This document shows, one piece after another, positions 60,470 to 64,000 of a stretch of DNA of 64,000 nucleotides. The stretch comes from an uncultured bacterium (GTDB lineage: Bacteria; Hydrogenedentota; Hydrogenedentia; Hydrogenedentales; Hydrogenedentaceae). Below the pieces are notes generated by a model. The model worked only from the letters and a program-made list of their open reading frames with translations. It did not search any database and was not told where the DNA came from. The stretch lies in assembly GCA_938014335.1 (NCBI GenBank), contig CALLRP010000003.1:112614-176613 (forward strand). Direction: 5' to 3'. The translations under genes and the position numbers were made by a program. Within the stretch, counting starts at the first letter, position 1; every line of letters begins with the position of its first letter.

Positions 60470-62032
60470 TTATTCTGGGAAAACACTTATAGGTAATGCT
60501 AAAGATTGATTAATAATCGCCTGTATATCGGATGCACCCAGTCCGTTTCCATCAATATCTATATCCACTTCAATGGGGGTAATACCTAAAATAACTCGAA
60601 CGGCAAGGTCGACATCCTCTTCGTCTACTCTGTTATCTATATTAATGTCCCCATCACTGAGAGGAATATCATAACGCACTGCATCTCCATTTATGACCTC
60701 AACTCCATTCACCCGATATGGGATGTATCCCGGTGCCGTAAACGCAAGGTTGTATGTTCCCGGTAACAAGAGCCGATGATAATTCCCTACTCGCGGATGA
60801 GTAAAAACAGGCTGTGAATTGCTCTGTACCCATACCTTTGCCCAAACGGGACCTCCTGTTTTACGGTCATACACAATGCCACGGACACCACGCAAAACAC
60901 ATTCCAAATAGGAAAGCATGGATTCCCGATTATTATTCCACAGAGTAGGTATCCACGAGCCCGCAGGAAACTTGGTATTGAACAGTTCTATCGTCATCTC
61001 GATACATCCCGTAAAACGATAATTCCAGTCTTGCATCCCACCGGTAATTACATACCATTTAGCACCATTGGTTATTCCCCCCGGAAACTGCGTGTTATTG
61101 TACATCGGTGTGTTATGAATGGCGTATTGTGTGGCTAACCATCTTATGAGAGCATCGTCAGGTGTCGGTGCCTCCACACCACTGGGTCCACCGTCATTAT
61201 CATATGGATAATTTACGACAAGTGCTCCCGAATGAAAATTTGCAGACAAGCTGAAATTATGTTCCAATGACCACCGCATAATATGCTGGATTTCAGGTTC
61301 ACGTCCCTCTATTGAAATATTCCCCCCGTCATAATAAAATGTAGCATAATCCGATGGATAATCAGGGAAAGAACGATTTAAATCAACCCCATTGACATTT
61401 CTCCGTGTTATCAGTTCTCGCCCATCCGGATTCATCATCGGGACAAGCCATATTGAAACTTCATCCACCACTTTCTTTATCCGGTCATTGGTAGAATAGT
61501 TTTGCAACAGGTATTCCGCAAATAGTAAGCAGAGTTCTGTCCCAATAGGTTCATCCCCATGAATTGTAGCCACATACTTAAACTCCGGTTCGTCCTCTTC
61601 CACAGCGGGATTATCCGTGATACGCAATGCCCACAATTCCCTACCTTGAACCGATTGCCCCAGAGAAATGAGTTTCGTAAGATGGGGATATTGATTCACA
61701 AGGTTTTGTAGAAATTGTGTCATTTCCGCATAATTGTGGTAGCCTGATGGAGTTTTTTCTAAGTACAGTGAGGGGTCTGTACCCACTATCTGGTATGAAA
61801 AACCTTTGCTCTGGAGAATTCGCAAGCCTTCCTCAGGTAAATATATTCGAGCATATGTACCATCAAAAGAATCGACTGAGTACCCTTGTTCTTCTAAATA
61901 ATCTAATTCCTCCATATGATTAATTTTAACCTGTACAATATACCACAAAGGAAGTTTTGCTTCTTGTGCAAAGACTCCATCCAATAACAAAGTGCCTACA
62001 CAAAAAATTATGAGCCAAAGACTTTTCTTCAC
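60470..62032 (-). CDS. Secreted M14-family zinc carboxypeptidase with C-terminal dockerin-like Ca-binding repeats
   Basis: Signal peptide. Zn-binding motif HGDEPIGTE (HxxE) and downstream His. C-terminal paired DxDxDGxxxxxD-like repeats (DINIDNRVDEEDVDLAVRVILGI; DIDIDGNGLGASDIQAIINQSL). Confidence 0.75.
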   Translation of the reverse strand: MKKSLWLIIFCVGTLLLDGVFAQEAKLPLWYIVQVKINHMEELDYLEEQGYSVDSFDGTYARIYLPEEGLRILQSKGFSYQIVGTDPSLYLEKTPSGYHNYAEMTQFLQNLVNQYPHLTKLISLGQSVQGRELWALRITDNPAVEEDEPEFKYVATIHGDEPIGTELCLLFAEYLLQNYSTNDRIKKVVDEVSIWLVPMMNPDGRELITRRNVNGVDLNRSFPDYPSDYATFYYDGGNISIEGREPEIQHIMRWSLEHNFSLSANFHSGALVVNYPYDNDGGPSGVEAPTPDDALIRWLATQYAIHNTPMYNNTQFPGGITNGAKWYVITGGMQDWNYRFTGCIEMTIELFNTKFPAGSWIPTLWNNNRESMLSYLECVLRGVRGIVYDRKTGGPVWAKVWVQSNSQPVFTHPRVGNYHRLLLPGTYNLAFTAPGYIPYRVNGVEVINGDAVRYDIPLSDGDINIDNRVDEEDVDLAVRVILGITPIEVDIDIDGNGLGASDIQAIINQSLALPISVFPE

Positions 62033-62061
62033 ATTAGTTAACCTTCTTGAACTGTCTTATT

Positions 62062-64000
62062 TTATTTTACCACTAATGTATATGTCTTTGCCTGAACTTG
62101 TTTATCAGCTCCTTGCATCTGTAATTCAACTGTGTATTCTCCGGATGCAGGAAAAGTATATGAAAAAGTCGTCGACTTGAATTTATCTTTCCCTTGTATT
62201 ATCCATTCACATTTCTTCATCATCGTCTCCACTGGAAAACTTAAACTAGCTCCTTCGGGAAATTTCTCTCCCAAAGATATAGGTAACCTTCCCGGCGGCA
62301 TGGCAACGAATTCTTTTAATGAAAATGTATAGGGTTGATGAGGTTTTAAAACCATGTCATGCATGATAGAACGAAAACGGAAAGCAGGGAACCCCACCAG
62401 CGTTTCCGCTACTGCCTTTATGGCTATCTGGTATGCGGGGGGGTCTGCATAAGCGATAAGAATGGCATCTGCTTTTTGGGCACAGGTAAGAGCTTTCGGA
62501 TGTCCTAAAACGATTGCCACTACTTTTGTCCCTTTTTCCTTGAGCCGATTAATAAGTTCTTCCTGTTCTGCTAACCGTAACGAAGAAACCACCACACACA
62601 ATACTACCGGGGCTTTACCAATGTTCTTTTCGGCACGCTCCATCTCAAATGTTTGTAAGTATCCCAATCGTAGCGAAGACGGCATGGGTTGTAATCCAAT
62701 ATTCTTATGATACTTTCGCAATGCTTCATCTAATTCCTTCACCCCTATGGGTCCTGTGATGCCAATCCCCGAAACCGAACCTTTTGTTAATGGCAAAATA
62801 TTATTATCATTCTTTACCAGCGTAATTGAATTTTTCAGGATATAATATGAATCATCAAAAATATCTCCTTTAGATTTCGTTAACTCTGTCGGTTTTATCT
62901 CTTTCCTGGTCTTTTTCTTTATATCACTCTCCGAAAATTGGACATCTTTAATTGCTTTAATCCTGCCATATGCTTCCTCAATAAGAGATATCGATATTTC
63001 CTGATTCTGAACAGCATGATGAACACGGTCTATTGCCCGAGCTGCTGTGTTAGATGGCCCTTGGTAATACAAAACATCCGCACCACTTTTCAACGCCTCC
63101 AAAGCAGATTCCGAGGGATCCATAAACTGCAATACCTCGGGAGAATCCAGCGGTCCTGCAATAATTACCCCTTTGAAATTCAATTTTCTCCGAAGCCATC
63201 CATCTATAACATTTTTAGAGATACACGCAGGTTTACCCTGTGGGTCTAAGGTAGGCACCAGTGTCGTTCCCACATGAATAATAGGACATCCTTTATCGAT
63301 TAAACTTTTATACGGGAGTACATCATTTTCACCTAAAAATTGTTCCGGAGTAAGCAAAACAGCAGGTTGAACCCCTTCACGATTTGTTTGCCCCCCGGGA
63401 AAATCCATCGGCACCATGAGTGTTGAGGGCAAATCCCATAGTTCATACATCTGAACAGCCACTTCAGACGCCGTTTGGGCATTTGACCCCAAACACTGTA
63501 AATGACTTCGTGCTTTGGGTAATAACGAAGCTAAACTTAAATGCGGACCCAGCATCATATTAAGTCTTAATCCCTCGATATAACTCTTCCATAAACGAAC
63601 CATCCTCTCAATATTGTCTGTGCTCGGATGAGCAGAGAGAGCCAATAATGGGGGTAAGTTAATATAGGGAGACGGTGCCCCTCGTTCACGTTCAATTACA
63701 TCATATATATCTCCCGCTAACCATAGAGGGAAACCCTTATCAGAAACCGAAAACCTCAACCCAGCAATATAATCTCCTACCCGCTTTGGCTCAATAATGC
63801 GAGGGATTACCACCCCAGCAGGCGTGTATTGAGCTAAAAAATTACGGTCACCTAAAAGTGTCCCATACGTCCCCTGTAATGTAATCAAGAATAACTGGCT
63901 AATTTTTAAACGCAATTCATCCTCCTTTTTACTCTCCTGAGATACACTTTCTTTCTCTTTTTCTGTCTTTACCTCCTCTCTAATTTGAACCTCATCACTC
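62062..64000 (-). CDS. Glycoside hydrolase family 3 (NagZ/beta-hexosaminidase-like) plus C-terminal PKD-like domain, partial (N-terminus beyond window end)
   Basis: GH3 N-domain-like motifs (GFPLWLAGDIYDV..., KGVIIAGPLDSPEV). C-terminal Ig/PKD-like segment (FSYTFPASGEYTVELQ). The reading frame stays open upstream of the TTG at 63915, through a K/E-rich stretch, to the window edge. Confidence 0.65.
   Translation of the reverse strand, partial: SDEVQIREEVKTEKEKESVSQESKKEDELRLKISQLFLITLQGTYGTLLGDRNFLAQYTPAGVVIPRIIEPKRVGDYIAGLRFSVSDKGFPLWLAGDIYDVIERERGAPSPYINLPPLLALSAHPSTDNIERMVRLWKSYIEGLRLNMMLGPHLSLASLLPKARSHLQCLGSNAQTASEVAVQMYELWDLPSTLMVPMDFPGGQTNREGVQPAVLLTPEQFLGENDVLPYKSLIDKGCPIIHVGTTLVPTLDPQGKPACISKNVIDGWLRRKLNFKGVIIAGPLDSPEVLQFMDPSESALEALKSGADVLYYQGPSNTAARAIDRVHHAVQNQEISISLIEEAYGRIKAIKDVQFSESDIKKKTRKEIKPTELTKSKGDIFDDSYYILKNSITLVKNDNNILPLTKGSVSGIGITGPIGVKELDEALRKYHKNIGLQPMPSSLRLGYLQTFEMERAEKNIGKAPVVLCVVVSSLRLAEQEELINRLKEKGTKVVAIVLGHPKALTCAQKADAILIAYADPPAYQIAIKAVAETLVGFPAFRFRSIMHDMVLKPHQPYTFSLKEFVAMPPGRLPISLGEKFPEGASLSFPVETMMKKCEWIIQGKDKFKSTTFSYTFPASGEYTVELQMQGADKQVQAKTYTLVVK

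Noticed and set aside
60133-60470. Frame encoding ...RISQKGRLEELIALYDSITGKNSNWPIPLTELIQTTEATFLIK in the gap before the M14 gene
   Set aside because: No ATG/GTG/TTG start before an in-frame TAA. Likely a gene remnant or chance open frame.
1-64000. Small spurious ORFs nested antisense or out of frame inside robust genes (e.g. 855-1043, 1238-1615, 1539-1915, 2789-3040, 14210-14593, 17769-18109, 36916-37242, 42353-42720, 49030-49230, 57131-57631)
   Set aside because: Each lies within a gene carrying strong family motifs, lacks an RBS and has low-complexity translations. Treated as six-frame noise.
1-64000. CRISPR arrays, transposases, integrases, prophage genes
   Set aside because: No regularly spaced direct repeats, no DDE/tyrosine recombinase-like ORFs, and the tRNA-Arg at 53025-53101 has no adjacent integrase or direct-repeat att site. 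The window looks like core chromosome.

Overview
This 64-kb window is a low-GC (~40%) bacterial chromosomal segment that is densely coding on both strands. I count about 55 CDS and one tRNA-Arg(CCG). I see no rRNA, CRISPR array, transposase or integrase. Most of the content is housekeeping: dapB, recG, rlmN, rpmB, comM/yifB, mutY, lptF-lptG, uvrB, coaD, ndk, kdsB-pyrG, ltaE and a phnX-phnW aminoethylphosphonate pair. Between these sit lineage-specific secreted and membrane proteins:
- a LysM-repeat protein
- a PASTA-domain lipoprotein
- a 1067-aa TSP3/IPT protein
- a DUF1559 prepilin-like protein
- a Tat-signal Gfo/Idh/MocA oxidoreductase
- an ECF-sigma/TM fusion
- an M14 peptidase with dockerin-like repeats
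- a GH3+PKD protein that is truncated at the window end

The DUF1559 protein, the Tat-Gfo/Idh/MocA oxidoreductase and the sigma fusion together suggest a PVC-superphylum-like or related candidate-phylum organism. That is an inference, not a demonstration.

The most notable things I found by reading the sequence are:
- a short conserved intergenic repeat present in three copies
- an unannotated 30-codon, extremely basic bS22-like ORF with a GTG start downstream of ndk
- a scattered c-di-GMP toolkit: a GGDEF protein, an FHA-GAF-HD-GYP-Zn-ribbon protein, and a PilZ protein next to a small glycan-synthesis operon
- a 1.3-kb ORF-poor stretch after rpmB
- several structured intergenic regions (hairpin/T-tract terminators, one candidate sRNA)

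I could not identify a classical defence island or mobile element.
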